Shown here: positions 28,780 through 39,737 of the stretch, in pieces
How positions within the stretch are numbered: position 1 is the first letter of the stretch
Layout: each line of letters opens with the position of its first letter
Source of the DNA: an uncultured Clostridia bacterium
GTDB lineage: Bacteria; Bacillota; Clostridia; Christensenellales; UBA1242
Assembly: GCA_937893125.1 (NCBI GenBank)
Contig: CALBHW010000038.1
Coordinates: 1,247-65,246, forward strand
Direction: 5' to 3'
DNA length: 64,000 bases
Notes under the pieces: model-generated
What the model saw: the letters and a program-made list of their open reading frames with translations, nothing else
The model's database searches: none
What the model was told of the DNA's origin: nothing
Position numbers and translations under genes: made by a program

Positions 28780-30549
28780 TTAAAAATGACTTTTGTTTTT
28801 TAGCTTTTTAGTAACATTTACTTTTTTTGTCGAAAAAAAGTCTTTTATGTCGAAAGGCTGAGACATAATTTCTTTAAAGTTTGCGAGTTTTTCGTCGTCA
28901 ATTCTTTCAAAAATTGGTGTAATTGTGCCTATTTTGTGACCTTTTTTGATGTTATATTCGCTTGCCTTTTCCCACATATTAGGAGAAGTAACATCGCCAC
29001 CGAGTCCTAATTGCTCCGCCCACAATTTTTGCGTTTTATTTGGAATAATTGGGCTTGCGCAAATGCACAAACTTGCGCAAAGGTTAAGTGCAAGACATAG
29101 AACTTTTTTTGCTTCTTCTTGTTTTTCCGCTTTCATAAGCGCCCAAGGAGCCGATTTTTCGACATAGCCATTCCCGATGACGGCGTAGTTCATAATAAGT
29201 TTATATGCGTCCCTTAGTTCCGCCTTGTCAAACGCGTCCGCAATTTTTTGTGGCATAGTTTTTATAGCGTCAATAATTTCAAGGTCGAGTGCGTTTTTCT
29301 CGTATTCACTTTCAGGGTCAAAATCGTTCACGCTATTAAAGTAACTTTTAAGCATATTCAAACTTCTATTAAATAGGTTACCAAATTTGCCAACGAGTTC
29401 ACTATTAGTGTTGTTTTTGTAATCTTCCCACTTGTAGTCCGTGTCGCGATTTTCTGGAATAATGGTCGTAAGATATGCTCTAAGCGTGTCGATGTCTATC
29501 TTGTCGTCGTCATTTAGGAGCGCGTTACAAAACACGCCGATTTTCTTTGATTTACTAAATTTTTGACCTTCATAGTTTAAGAAATTAAGTCCAACAACAT
29601 TATATGGAAGGTTGTATTTGCCGTTTTCAAGTAACATTGTAGGGAAGAAAACTGTGTGGAATTGGATGTTGTCTTTCCCAACAAAATTGTAAATTTTGGC
29701 TGTTTTGTCGCACCACAAATCTTTGTATTTTTGTTCGCTAAGTTCTTTTGTGATAGAAATGTAGCCGATTGGCGCGTCAAACCAAACATAGAAAACTTTG
29801 TCTTTGTACCCTTCAAGAGGAACAGGGAAGCCCCACTTGATGTCGCGCGAAATACACCTATCTTTCAAGCCTTCTTGAATCCATTTTTTTGCTTCTGCGT
29901 AAACGTGAGGTCTAAAAATATCTTTCTTTTCTTCAACCCATTTTGATAATTTGTCTGTGCCTTTTGACAAGATTAAAAAGATGTGCTTTGATTTTTTAAG
30001 TTTAGCCTTTTCTCCACAAATTTTGCATCTTGCGTCAACTAGGTCGGTAGGGGAAAGCAGGCTGTCGCACTTTTCGCATTGGTCGCCACTTGCCCCCGTA
30101 AACCCACAGTGTGGGCAAGTCCCGACAACGTATCTATCAGGCAAAAACATTTTGTCTTTTTCGCAATAGTACATTTCGGTCTCGCCTTCATTTATGTAGC
30201 CGTTTTCGTAAAGAGTTTTGAAAAAATTGTCGGTGATTTCTTCGTGCGTTTTTGTGTGGGTGTTAGAATAAATATCGTAACTAATGCCTAGTTTTTCGTA
30301 AATTTTTTTGTGAATTTTGTGTAGTTCTTCCGTCAAAACTTCGACAGGAAGTCCAAGCTCTTGCGCGGTCATAAGGCTTGGCGTGCCGTGCATATCGCTC
30401 CCGCCGACATATGTTGTGTCGTATCCATAACTTCTACAAAATCTCGCAAAAATATCGGCTGGCAAATGGCATCCGACAATGTGCCCAACGTGTGGAATGT
30501 TGTTGACATATGTTAGTGCCGATGTAATAAGTCTTTTTTCTTTTTTCAT
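28780..30549 (-). CDS. metG: Methionyl-tRNA synthetase
   Basis: 589 aa. HVGH (HIGH motif), zinc knuckles CPHCG...CEKC, KFSKS (KMSKS motif). Confidence 0.93.
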   Translation of the reverse strand: MKKEKRLITSALTYVNNIPHVGHIVGCHLPADIFARFCRSYGYDTTYVGGSDMHGTPSLMTAQELGLPVEVLTEELHKIHKKIYEKLGISYDIYSNTHTKTHEEITDNFFKTLYENGYINEGETEMYYCEKDKMFLPDRYVVGTCPHCGFTGASGDQCEKCDSLLSPTDLVDARCKICGEKAKLKKSKHIFLILSKGTDKLSKWVEEKKDIFRPHVYAEAKKWIQEGLKDRCISRDIKWGFPVPLEGYKDKVFYVWFDAPIGYISITKELSEQKYKDLWCDKTAKIYNFVGKDNIQFHTVFFPTMLLENGKYNLPYNVVGLNFLNYEGQKFSKSKKIGVFCNALLNDDDKIDIDTLRAYLTTIIPENRDTDYKWEDYKNNTNSELVGKFGNLFNRSLNMLKSYFNSVNDFDPESEYEKNALDLEIIDAIKTMPQKIADAFDKAELRDAYKLIMNYAVIGNGYVEKSAPWALMKAEKQEEAKKVLCLALNLCASLCICASPIIPNKTQKLWAEQLGLGGDVTSPNMWEKASEYNIKKGHKIGTITPIFERIDDEKLANFKEIMSQPFDIKDFFSTKKVNVTKKLKNKSHF

Positions 30550-31001
30550 TTTAAATTCTCCGTATCAATAATTAAAGTTACAGGTCCGTCGTTAGTGACA
30601 GTGACCTTCATATCTGCTCTAAATTTGCCGTGCTGAATTATTGAAAAAGTGTTTTCAGCCCCGCAAAAATCAATAAATTTTTCATACAATTTTTCCGCCC
30701 CTTGCGGAGGCATACTCTCTAAAAAGTCAGGTCTAAAACCGTGTGATGCGTTGCCATAAAGAGTGAAATTGCTAATGACAAGAAGCCCCGCACCAACCGC
30801 TTTTGGCGAAAGGTTCATTTTCTCATTCTTGTCCTCAAAAATGCGTAGCCCGCAAATTTTTTTGGCAAGTTTCATAGCGTCTGTTTCGGTGTCTGTTTTT
30901 CTAACGCCCAAAAACACGACAAAACCGCGTTCAATTTTGCCGATAGTTTCCTTTGCTACTTCAACTCTTGCATCAAGCACTCTTTGAATAACCGCTCGCA
31001 C
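30546..31001 (-). CDS. dtd: D-aminoacyl-tRNA deacylase
   Basis: 151 aa, GTG start after aaaaaaggagaaaagg. (M)RAVIQRV...VSNFTLYG, ..RP.F. 4-nt overlap with metG. Confidence 0.9.
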   Translation of the reverse strand: MRAVIQRVLDARVEVAKETIGKIERGFVVFLGVRKTDTETDAMKLAKKICGLRIFEDKNEKMNLSPKAVGAGLLVISNFTLYGNASHGFRPDFLESMPPQGAEKLYEKFIDFCGAENTFSIIQHGKFRADMKVTVTNDGPVTLIIDTENLK

Positions 31002-31322
31002 GCCTTTTCTCCTTTTTTCAAGCCCTATTATATACTACTGTTACAAAAAAAACAAATAGAAATTGGTCTTTTAAAATAAAAGAAAAAGTTATCCACAAAA
31101 AGCCACTATTTTGTGAATAGTTTTAAATGAGTTTTTGCAAAAAGTTCAAAACAAAGTGCATTTTTTTATTTTGAAAGAAGGATAATATATTATATAATAT
31201 ATTTGTACTAAAATAACATTATTATATGGAAATGTTTGCTTTTTTATCATTTTGTAATTAGCGTTTACAAATTAGTGAACAAAATGTGTGTTATAAAAAA
31301 GTCTAAGGAAAGATTAGAAAAA

Positions 31323-34300
31323 ATGAAAAAAATATTTAAAAGTTTTTGCATTATATCCTTTATTTTAGTTGCGTCACTTGTGGGCGTCGCTTGCTCGTGC
31401 AGTGAGCCAAAATTAAACGATATTGAACTTTCAATTTCGGATAGTTACGCCATTTTTGTGGGCGGAAATAAGGGCTATGTCGTTGAAAAAAAGGAAAATG
31501 AAACACCAATTATTCCAATTGAAGTTACTATGAACCCCGACTCATTTTCAAAAGAAGATTTGACTTGGTCGAGTGCTTATACGGATGTTGCGACCGTTAA
31601 CAATCGCGGGGTTGTGACTTGTAGGTGGCCTAGCGCAGAAGATAAAACGACCACAATAACCGCAACATATAACAAAGGTGACAACCAAAAATCTACATCT
31701 ATTTTGCTTACAGTCACATCAAAACAACTCCCTAAGTTTGAAAACAAAACCGCTACAATAACCTACGCGGGACGCGACCTAAAAGATAATTTTAAAGTTT
31801 TAAATGGTGAAGAATATGTAAACGGTTTTTCCTATCATTATTTTGACCTTGAAAGCGGGCTTGAAGTGAATGAAATCCTTTCTTGTGGACGCTACCGCAT
31901 TATTTTTTCTAGTGACGCGGACAACCTTGAATATGCAAGAATGACCGTCGAAGTGACGCCTTTTGTCTTAAATCTCACCGCAAAATCTGGAACAAGTACA
32001 TATGGAAAGACGCTTGAAAATGGTTTTTATAATACTTATAACGACGAAATTATTTCAACCTACGGCGAAAATATTTTAGGTGGGGTTGGTGTAGACTCTA
32101 ATGCGAGCCTAGGCAAAATGGTTTATGTAACAAACGCAACGCGATCCTCTCGTGTTGGGGGAGATTATTATACTGACATTGCCTACCACCTTGACAACGA
32201 AAATTACACGATTTTAGCTACGCGTTCAACATATGTTATTACAAAAAGAGCGGTCGTGATGCTTATTGAAAGCCAAACGAACTTGACATACGGCGACAAG
32301 GCGGTCGAAAAAATGTTTGTTTTGTACGACTATGACGAGTACAAGGCAAATAACGACAGTTTGACGGGGCTTCAACCACTTGACAACTCAATTATAAATT
32401 ACAAAAACGATGTCACAGCGCCAGCGTCCTACGAGTACACTCAAAACGGGCAACCAAAAGCACTTAATGAATATGGATTTTTGGATGCGGGAAGTTACGA
32501 AATAGGATACACTAGTGTCGGCGTCGGGGTGAACCTTGCCGAAATCACGGTTATTCTTCCTGGTCGACTTGTCATAAATAAAAAGCAAGCAACCATTGCG
32601 CCACACAATCTTAAAAAAGCGTACGGCACGGACGATATAGAAATTACATATGACACAAATGACATTTTAAAAAAGGAAGAAATTATCGATTTCCTTTATG
32701 TCGACTATAAAAGCAGTGTTTATGTGGGGAGCGAATTTGACCTTGGCATAAACAACAGAAAAGCGCCAGCGGGCGTCTACAACTACGCGATTGACAACTT
32801 AAAAAACAAAAACTATACATTTGAACTCGACGAACGCGCGCAACCAACATACGCTGACGCTTCAACCCGTCTTGCGTTTACTGTCGAAAAATGTGACGTT
32901 GTTTTGAATTTCGCCGACCAAGAATTTGACTACGCAAAACCACAAAACGAGTCCGACCACACCGTGAGTTATTTCCCCGACCCATCGGCAGATTTTATTG
33001 TAAACCTTTCTTCAGTCTCAGTCGCGGGGACGGAAGTCGCGAACTTCAAGGGCGAAAATTTCGAAAGTTATGGCGCGGTTTTGCTCCCATCTGGTGACGA
33101 ATTTTCATTCGGAATTAAACTTACTGACAATCCACATTCAACCCACTTTGTAGGGTATTTTGCGACGCTTGACAAGACAAAAATTTCCTTTACAAATGGA
33201 AGCGTGGACAATTACAACATCACCCTTCCTGATTTTGAAGTAAATTTAAACAAGGTCGTTATCACAATCACACCAAACGCGACCGAGCGCGAATCTTTTA
33301 AAATTTACGACGCGATTGCGGGGACGGACGCCACAATTTCAAACTTTTTGTCGAAATTTGTCTTATCAAATGGTGACGACATTTCAGAATATTTAAACTC
33401 TGACAGCGAAGTCTTGTCCCTTAAAACTATTGACGACAAATATTATTTTACGGGTGACGACAACACCGAAAAAAGGGTCGACAAAATAAAAGACGCGGGA
33501 AAATATAGGGTTTTACTTTCGTCAAATATGAGTTTTCTTCAAGGAAAAGAATTCGTTGATTTTATACTCGACGACTCAAAATTGTACTATTTTACAATTG
33601 AAAAAATGGACATAATCATTAGACCTGACGCGGGGCAAGCAAAGGTCTATTGTGACACTGAGCCAGCCCTACTTTACACGGAAGATTCGTCTACAATTGT
33701 TCCTGCTAGCGAAGACAGTTTGATAAAAACGGGCGCTCTTGAAAGAGAAAAAGGCGAAGATGTGGGTAGGTACCAAATTTCGCTTGGAACTCTTAGTTAC
33801 GGCTCAAATTATCTTTTGAAACTAAACGAAACAAAAGAATATTTTGAAATCACGACAAGAAAAGTTACCGTCAAACCATATTCTTATACTGTTACTTACG
33901 GCGATAGAAAACAACAAAACATTGCCTATAACTCATATGTCGAAGGCTCTTATGATGAAAATCTTTTTGTTAGACCTACCTTTACGGGCGAGTTTAAGTT
34001 GCAATTTAATGGGACAGACATCGCAAAAATTAACGGACTTTATCCAGTTACGGTCGACACAAAAGGGAATGCTCTTCCATACACGATTGCACAAGGCACT
34101 TTTGGACTTTCAAACACCAACTATGAACTCGTTTTTGATAAAACAGCGACTTATATGGTCGAGCAAAGAGAACTCAACATTGACTTAGTTGCCAGTTTGT
34201 ATGATGACAAAACAAAAGAGCCTGAAACGGGCATTTTACTAAATTATGCGCTTTCAACACCGCTTGCGGATAGTGCCGAGAAACTAGAAATTAAAGCAAA

Positions 34301-37300
34301 AGAGTACGCAAAAGGAACTGACACATATTATATTGAGGACCTGTCAAAACTTGACATTTTGCTCACCGTTAGTGGCGTTGACATCAAAAGTTGCTATAAA
34401 ATTACCTTAGGGCAAAATGTTGTTTATACAATAGACAAAGAAATTATTGATTTTAGGATTATTTTGAAGGAAAATCCGCTCAATCAATCAATTGAAACAA
34501 CTTTCGACGGCACGAGCAAGGAAAGCCTTTTTGAACTCACGATTGCGACGAAAGATTACGAATTTGCAAGTGACGACGACGGAAATTCGTCAAAATATAG
34601 CCTTGTTTTCACCAATTCTTCCGTGAAAACATCAACTCCAACAAATGTAGGTAGTTTTACTGTTGGTGTCGAACTTTTAACTGGCGACCAAATCGTTGTT
34701 AAAAGAAAAGGCTCGGAAACGCCAATTGTTTTTACTTCTTTTAATAAGGTCGAAAATAACTATGTTGCTACCCTTTCTCAAAAAGGATTTTTGACGATAA
34801 ACAAAGCGCAAATTACGGTTGACGAAAGTTTGCTTGCCTTTGAAAGAGACATAATGTTTTCTGACACATTAGGCAAATTACCAAATATTTTGACAAAAAA
34901 TGACGGAAAAAGTGTTTTTTCGGGCGTAAATGGCACGGAAATAACCCTTAAAAAGTTTGACGGCGGGCGAAATTATGAATTTAGGCACGCGCCAACATCT
35001 ATTGAAATGTTATCTGCTAACACCACTCACCTTATAACCGTAACAGTCACTGTTGCGGGAACGGACGGGAACGCAGACCTAAATTACGAACCATTAACTG
35101 TCGATGTGCCTTTAAATGTTCTTCCAAAAGAAGTTACGCTTTCAAATAGTGATGTCACATTAAATTGTGACCAAGGCGAAGATTTGACTTACGACGGCTT
35201 ATCAAAATCTTTCTCACTTTACATTGATTCCGATTTAAAAAATTATCATTTTGAGTACAGTTATGTAAAACTTCTTGTTACATACGACAAGTCTGTCGCG
35301 GGAAAAATTCAAAAGTTTGTTTATGACGGCGCGACCGTCAAGCCTGTTATGAATGGTGACGAAATTGTCTTTTCTACAATTGAAGATTTGGGACGAACAA
35401 AACAACTTTCAATTGAGCGAGTAAACTATAACGCCCGCGAATATATTGTTTTAAATACGGGTGCGTCAACTCTCGACGCTTATTTAACAAGTGATACATC
35501 GACCACTCAAAACGCGGGATTTTATATTTGTGTTGCAAGCGTCGTCGCGGACAAGAATTACACGCTTAAATTCGAAGGCGGGCTTGAAACATTCCAACAA
35601 GTGAAATTTTCTAGATTTTTTGAGATAAAAAGGTCGGAAAATGTCGAAATAAGTAGTTGGAAACAAGATTTTTACTACGAAACGGTCTTTAATGTTACAT
35701 TGCCTGAGAATTTGCCTTTTGAATTTGTAATGGACCCAGACTACAAATCAAGTGCCGTTTTTTCGACCAGTGCCGAGGACGCTTGGGCGGAGAAAAACTA
35801 TATGCTCGATGTCGGGAATTACACAATAACTCTAACAATTGACGAAGAAAATTGCTATTTTACGACCGAACTTGGCTTTAATGTTATTGCGCGCGAAGCA
35901 AAGGTGTATTTTCCAGAAGGCGACAATAGTTACGAATATCAAGTTGTTGACGGAAAAGAAGTTGCTATTGATTCTTTCCTTCGCGGGGTGTACGCAACTT
36001 TTGTAAAGGGCGGGGTCGAAAACAAAGTTATGTATATTGACGATTCCGAAAAACGCTTTACATTTACCTTTTATAGCGTCGCTGACGAAGACAATGCTCT
36101 ACCTAGCGCACCTTCCGCAATTGGCGAATATTTTGTTATTGGAACATATGATTCGGACAACTTCTATGGCGAGACAAAATACAATTATAAGATAACGAAA
36201 AAGCGTTTTACGGGCGTCATAAATGCGACCGATAGGCTCGTCGATTACAACCCAGACTACACCGCAAAAGAGTTAAAATCTATCATTCAAAGTATGCTTA
36301 TTTGTGATATGTCGCTTGTTCAAGAAGTCAAAATTAGAGATGTTTTGGGAGATAGAATACTTGATTTTGACACAGAAGATTGGGTTAGCGAATTCGTCGA
36401 CTGCGCGTCTCCAAAGAAAATAAAATTTATCATAATTTTTAAAGACCCAACAATTGCAAATAGAGAAGATGTGGGTGCTGAACTAACATTCAAAAAAATA
36501 AGCATAACAAGCGACCTTTTGTCCCCAGCGGACGACGATGCGTCTTACACTTATTCGGGGAATGCGGTGTATAAGGAACTTAATTTCCGCGGGGCGTCCC
36601 TTGCGCCAAACAAAAAAGGCGGGACGGAAGAGAGTATCCTTGACGGACAATACACTATTATTTACGGCAAGAAAAAGGGAACAGAGTATGATACAAGTTA
36701 TGTCACTGTAAACGACCGCTTAGGCAACTTGATTTTTGTTTTAAAATACAATTATTATGTCGAAAACGCGTTGGGCGAGTTCGAAAAAATGGATGGCATT
36801 TTCCCAATTTCGCCAAATGTCGTGCAAGTGGACGGCGAAAGAGTGATAAAGAGTTATAAGGTCGAATATTTTATCGAAAGTTCGGGCTCAAATTATTTGA
36901 CGAGCGTTTCTTTAAAAGAAAGGACATTTATAATTGCAAAAACGACCGACCTTGGCATTTTTGTCAAAAATTATTCGACAACTTACACGGGGTCAGACCT
37001 TTCAAATCTCTTTAATGAGTCGCTCATTGAAGTGACAAATTCGCTTGGAAAACCAGTCAATTTTAGGTTGTTTAAAAAGACAAATGACTTATCAACGGGC
37101 GTTTACAACGAAAACAACGGAATTTGCCTTGTTTATTCAATCAAAAAAGACGGCTATGAAATGGCGCGAATTGTGGACGCGGGCGAGTATAGAATAAGGG
37201 TTGCGCTGATGTATTTCTCGACCTTTAAACCACAAAACTATTTTGGGTCACTAAATCTAAACGGAACAAAATATACTGCTGAACAAATCGTCGAGCGCGG

Positions 37301-37682
37301 AGCGGACAGTGATGTAACTTATGCTGTTGGTGTTGAAATAAAGTTTACTGTCGAAAAAGCGTCCTTTCCTTATTTGCTTGAAAATATTGACGAGTTTGTG
37401 ACGGGGTCAAACTATCGCGTCATTCAAAGAGAAGTCGACGGCGCATTAAAAACAATTGTCGAAATCGCAAGTTACGGCGCGTTTTCTTTAAACGAAACAG
37501 CGTCAAAGAATTTTGACCTTACCTTCTCAAAAGGAAACAAAAGTTATTCAAATTTTGACGACCTAGTTGTTGACGGCGACTACACAGATTTCTACTTTGA
37601 CTTAATTTGCGCGTCGGGTAACTTCCAATCAAGCGAAAGATTTGTTATCCGTAAATATGCTGGTGCATTACCAGAAAATTAA
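31323..37682 (+). CDS. Giant (about 2119 aa) secreted/surface protein with Big_2-like domain and many MBG-like (YGx-type) repeats
   Basis: ATG at 31323. Signal peptide with marginal lipobox (LVGVAC). Big_2-like segment (LTWSS..DVATVNNRGVVT). Recurrent repeat signatures: xYG(D/K/T), GE.VG.Y.I, NY.L. Confidence 0.8.
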   Translation: MKKIFKSFCIISFILVASLVGVACSCSEPKLNDIELSISDSYAIFVGGNKGYVVEKKENETPIIPIEVTMNPDSFSKEDLTWSSAYTDVATVNNRGVVTCRWPSAEDKTTTITATYNKGDNQKSTSILLTVTSKQLPKFENKTATITYAGRDLKDNFKVLNGEEYVNGFSYHYFDLESGLEVNEILSCGRYRIIFSSDADNLEYARMTVEVTPFVLNLTAKSGTSTYGKTLENGFYNTYNDEIISTYGENILGGVGVDSNASLGKMVYVTNATRSSRVGGDYYTDIAYHLDNENYTILATRSTYVITKRAVVMLIESQTNLTYGDKAVEKMFVLYDYDEYKANNDSLTGLQPLDNSIINYKNDVTAPASYEYTQNGQPKALNEYGFLDAGSYEIGYTSVGVGVNLAEITVILPGRLVINKKQATIAPHNLKKAYGTDDIEITYDTNDILKKEEIIDFLYVDYKSSVYVGSEFDLGINNRKAPAGVYNYAIDNLKNKNYTFELDERAQPTYADASTRLAFTVEKCDVVLNFADQEFDYAKPQNESDHTVSYFPDPSADFIVNLSSVSVAGTEVANFKGENFESYGAVLLPSGDEFSFGIKLTDNPHSTHFVGYFATLDKTKISFTNGSVDNYNITLPDFEVNLNKVVITITPNATERESFKIYDAIAGTDATISNFLSKFVLSNGDDISEYLNSDSEVLSLKTIDDKYYFTGDDNTEKRVDKIKDAGKYRVLLSSNMSFLQGKEFVDFILDDSKLYYFTIEKMDIIIRPDAGQAKVYCDTEPALLYTEDSSTIVPASEDSLIKTGALEREKGEDVGRYQISLGTLSYGSNYLLKLNETKEYFEITTRKVTVKPYSYTVTYGDRKQQNIAYNSYVEGSYDENLFVRPTFTGEFKLQFNGTDIAKINGLYPVTVDTKGNALPYTIAQGTFGLSNTNYELVFDKTATYMVEQRELNIDLVASLYDDKTKEPETGILLNYALSTPLADSAEKLEIKAKEYAKGTDTYYIEDLSKLDILLTVSGVDIKSCYKITLGQNVVYTIDKEIIDFRIILKENPLNQSIETTFDGTSKESLFELTIATKDYEFASDDDGNSSKYSLVFTNSSVKTSTPTNVGSFTVGVELLTGDQIVVKRKGSETPIVFTSFNKVENNYVATLSQKGFLTINKAQITVDESLLAFERDIMFSDTLGKLPNILTKNDGKSVFSGVNGTEITLKKFDGGRNYEFRHAPTSIEMLSANTTHLITVTVTVAGTDGNADLNYEPLTVDVPLNVLPKEVTLSNSDVTLNCDQGEDLTYDGLSKSFSLYIDSDLKNYHFEYSYVKLLVTYDKSVAGKIQKFVYDGATVKPVMNGDEIVFSTIEDLGRTKQLSIERVNYNAREYIVLNTGASTLDAYLTSDTSTTQNAGFYICVASVVADKNYTLKFEGGLETFQQVKFSRFFEIKRSENVEISSWKQDFYYETVFNVTLPENLPFEFVMDPDYKSSAVFSTSAEDAWAEKNYMLDVGNYTITLTIDEENCYFTTELGFNVIAREAKVYFPEGDNSYEYQVVDGKEVAIDSFLRGVYATFVKGGVENKVMYIDDSEKRFTFTFYSVADEDNALPSAPSAIGEYFVIGTYDSDNFYGETKYNYKITKKRFTGVINATDRLVDYNPDYTAKELKSIIQSMLICDMSLVQEVKIRDVLGDRILDFDTEDWVSEFVDCASPKKIKFIIIFKDPTIANREDVGAELTFKKISITSDLLSPADDDASYTYSGNAVYKELNFRGASLAPNKKGGTEESILDGQYTIIYGKKKGTEYDTSYVTVNDRLGNLIFVLKYNYYVENALGEFEKMDGIFPISPNVVQVDGERVIKSYKVEYFIESSGSNYLTSVSLKERTFIIAKTTDLGIFVKNYSTTYTGSDLSNLFNESLIEVTNSLGKPVNFRLFKKTNDLSTGVYNENNGICLVYSIKKDGYEMARIVDAGEYRIRVALMYFSTFKPQNYFGSLNLNGTKYTAEQIVERGADSDVTYAVGVEIKFTVEKASFPYLLENIDEFVTGSNYRVIQREVDGALKTIVEIASYGAFSLNETASKNFDLTFSKGNKSYSNFDDLVVDGDYTDFYFDLICASGNFQSSERFVIRKYAGALPEN

Positions 37683-37698
37683 GAGTTTAAAAATACTA

Positions 37699-37736
37699 AA
37701 ACAAGGCAAAATTACATATATTTTGCCTTGTTTTTA
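37699..37736 (+). terminator. Rho-independent terminator after the giant gene
   Basis: acaaggcaaaa ... ttttgccttgt (11 bp) followed by ttttt. Confidence 0.85.
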
Positions 37737-37800
37737 TTTTGCAAAAAAAAGAGCGGATTTTGAGTCCGTTCTTTTGTTTGTGCTTTTGAGTAGCAAAAGA

Positions 37801-38004
37801 TTACAAATTGTGTCTTTTTTGGAATTTTTCAACCTTTCCGCTAGCGTCAACAATCTTTTGTTTGCCAGTGAAGAATGGGTGACATTTGCTACAAATATCA
37901 ATTTTAAGTGTTTCGCCTGGTTTTGTCGACTTTGTGACAAATTTTTCTCCGCAAGCGCAAACAACTTCAACATCATGATAATTTGGTTGGATTTCTTTGT
38001 TCAT
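37801..38004 (-). CDS. rpmE: 50S ribosomal protein L31 (Zn-ribbon type)
   Basis: 67 aa. [22 protein letters not shown]...[20 protein letters not shown]. Confidence 0.95.
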   Translation of the reverse strand: MNKEIQPNYHDVEVVCACGEKFVTKSTKPGETLKIDICSKCHPFFTGKQKIVDASGKVEKFQKRHNL

Positions 38005-38045
38005 TTTTTTGCCTCCTGTAACCTTTAAGTTCTATTCTAACGCCT

Positions 38046-38074
38046 AGTATAACTTATTGTGCAATTTTAGTCAA
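38046..38074 (-). promoter_or_regulatory. Sigma-A type promoter for rpmE
   Basis: On the minus strand: TTGACT, 17-nt spacer, TATACT. Confidence 0.6.
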
Positions 38075-38565
38075 TGTTTTTTTAGCGTTCGCGCAAAAAT
38101 ATTTTTTAGATACCTTTTATTATGTGTGAAAGCTATTTTGTTTGGAAATAATTATCGTGAGAGAGTGAAAACTCCTTAATTAGCCAAATAGTCATTCTTT
38201 TAGAAAGTAGTTAATAAATTTGCGTTAATTTTAAAAATAATTGTTTATTATCTCTTTTTTACTAAAATAAAGGTAAAATAGCGTGTAATGAAAAATTTTT
38301 TTGACCTTTTTGAAACGCCCCAAAAAAGGTTTTAAAATTTGCTATACTTTGTTTGACAAAAAAAAATAAAAAATATATCATTAAAATGTAGAAAAGTAGG
38401 GTGGGGCTGGGCTTTTTTAAAAGGCAAAAAATGTTTAATTTTTATTATCATAAATAACAAATTTTTTGCAAAAAATTTCACATTTTTTTAAAAAAATATC
38501 AATTATTTTTTTAGAAAAAACACAAAATTTATTTGTTATTTATTGACAAATTTTTAGGAGTTTTT

Positions 38566-39498
38566 ATGAAAAAAGGCACTCTTATTTTTAGCGGGATTTT
38601 AACCCTAATTTTTTCGGTTTTTTTGCTCGCAATTTCGGTTTTAATGCTCGGCGTTAAACTTAACTTAGACTTTATAACAAATTTACTTAATGTGGATTTT
38701 TTAGCAAAAACAGTGGCTGTTTGTTCGCTGATTTTCATTACGCCAGTGGCTTCTTTTTTGCCTGATAACGCGGATTTAATAGGGACAATCTTAGTTGGAC
38801 TTCTTGTTGCGTACAGCGTGTTTTCTTTGGTGTCTAGCATTGTTCAACTTGCAAACACTAAAAAAGAGGAAGAAAAACTTGTTAAAGCAAAAAAACTTAG
38901 TAAAGTTGCCGACATTTTTAGAATAATTTTTTGCGTATTTATTTTGCTTTTTATAATTTTAAGTTTTGTAAAAGAAGATGTTAAAAACGCAAGTAGCACC
39001 GTCGCGTCAGAACTTAATTTTGAATATATAAACCTTATTGTTTCTGTTGCGCTTTTGATTTTGGGCGTCTTGTCTTTTGTTTTGCCTATGGTGGCGTACA
39101 AGAATGTGGGCAAAAATGCGGGCGAACAAAATATGCAAGGGCAGAACGCACAAGGTCAATATGTAGGAAACGCGCAAGACGGAAATTATGCTGGACAATA
39201 TGTCGGCTCTGAATATCAAGGCGGGCAATATAATTATGACGCGCCAATGGGGAGACAAGACCAATATTACGCATATAATGACACTCAACCTATCAATCCA
39301 AACGACCTTATAAACGATCAAACGCAACAAGGCGGAATGTTTAATCTTGTCCCAGGTCAAGACGGGATTCCGCAAAACATCACACAAAAGGGACTTGAAG
39401 ACTTGGCGAGATTAGAGAGATTGCGAGCTAGTGGCGCAATTGACGATAGAAATTACTACGCTTTAAAACAAAAAATTTGTTCAACCAACCTTGGCTAA
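38566..39498 (+). CDS. Membrane protein with Q/N/G/Y-rich linker and C-terminal SHOCT-like domain
   Basis: ATG at 38566 after ttaggag. About 6 TM segments. C-terminal LEDLARLERLRASGAIDDRNYYALKQKI resembles SHOCT. Confidence 0.65.
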   Translation: MKKGTLIFSGILTLIFSVFLLAISVLMLGVKLNLDFITNLLNVDFLAKTVAVCSLIFITPVASFLPDNADLIGTILVGLLVAYSVFSLVSSIVQLANTKKEEEKLVKAKKLSKVADIFRIIFCVFILLFIILSFVKEDVKNASSTVASELNFEYINLIVSVALLILGVLSFVLPMVAYKNVGKNAGEQNMQGQNAQGQYVGNAQDGNYAGQYVGSEYQGGQYNYDAPMGRQDQYYAYNDTQPINPNDLINDQTQQGGMFNLVPGQDGIPQNITQKGLEDLARLERLRASGAIDDRNYYALKQKICSTNLG

Positions 39499-39737
39499 TT
39501 TTTAAAGTTTAAAACTAAAAATTTGTTTTAACCATTTTTGTAGGGTTTTGTATAGTTTAGTGAAAAACAAAAAAGTAGTAAAAAATATTATTTTAAGTGG
39601 TTTTAATGTTAAAAATACTTAAAAACATATAAGAATAAGGCTAAAACCTTTAAAGACAAGGCTAAAACATATAAAAATTAGAAGAAACATTTAAAAATTG
39701 ACAAAAAAATTTAAGATAAGAAGAAAAAGGAGCAGTT

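Noticed and set aside
31002-31235. T-box leader upstream of the dtd-metG operon.
   Set aside because: The promoter-like sequence (TTGTTT-17-TATAAT on the minus strand) is only about 40 nt from the GTG start. There is no specifier or T-box (GGUGGUACCGCG-like) sequence and no room for a roughly 200-nt leader.
37642-38028. 128-aa plus-strand ORF and 80-aa minus-strand ORF (37734-37976) overlapping rpmE.
   Set aside because: The unmistakable L31 sequence occupies 37801-38004 on the minus strand. The others are shadow ORFs that span terminator hairpins.
38330-38420. Possible small transcript from an extended -10 (TGCTATACT, about 38342) ending at gggtggggctgggctttttt.
   Set aside because: The G-rich stretch has no complementary C-rich arm, so there is no terminator hairpin. 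The evidence is too weak.
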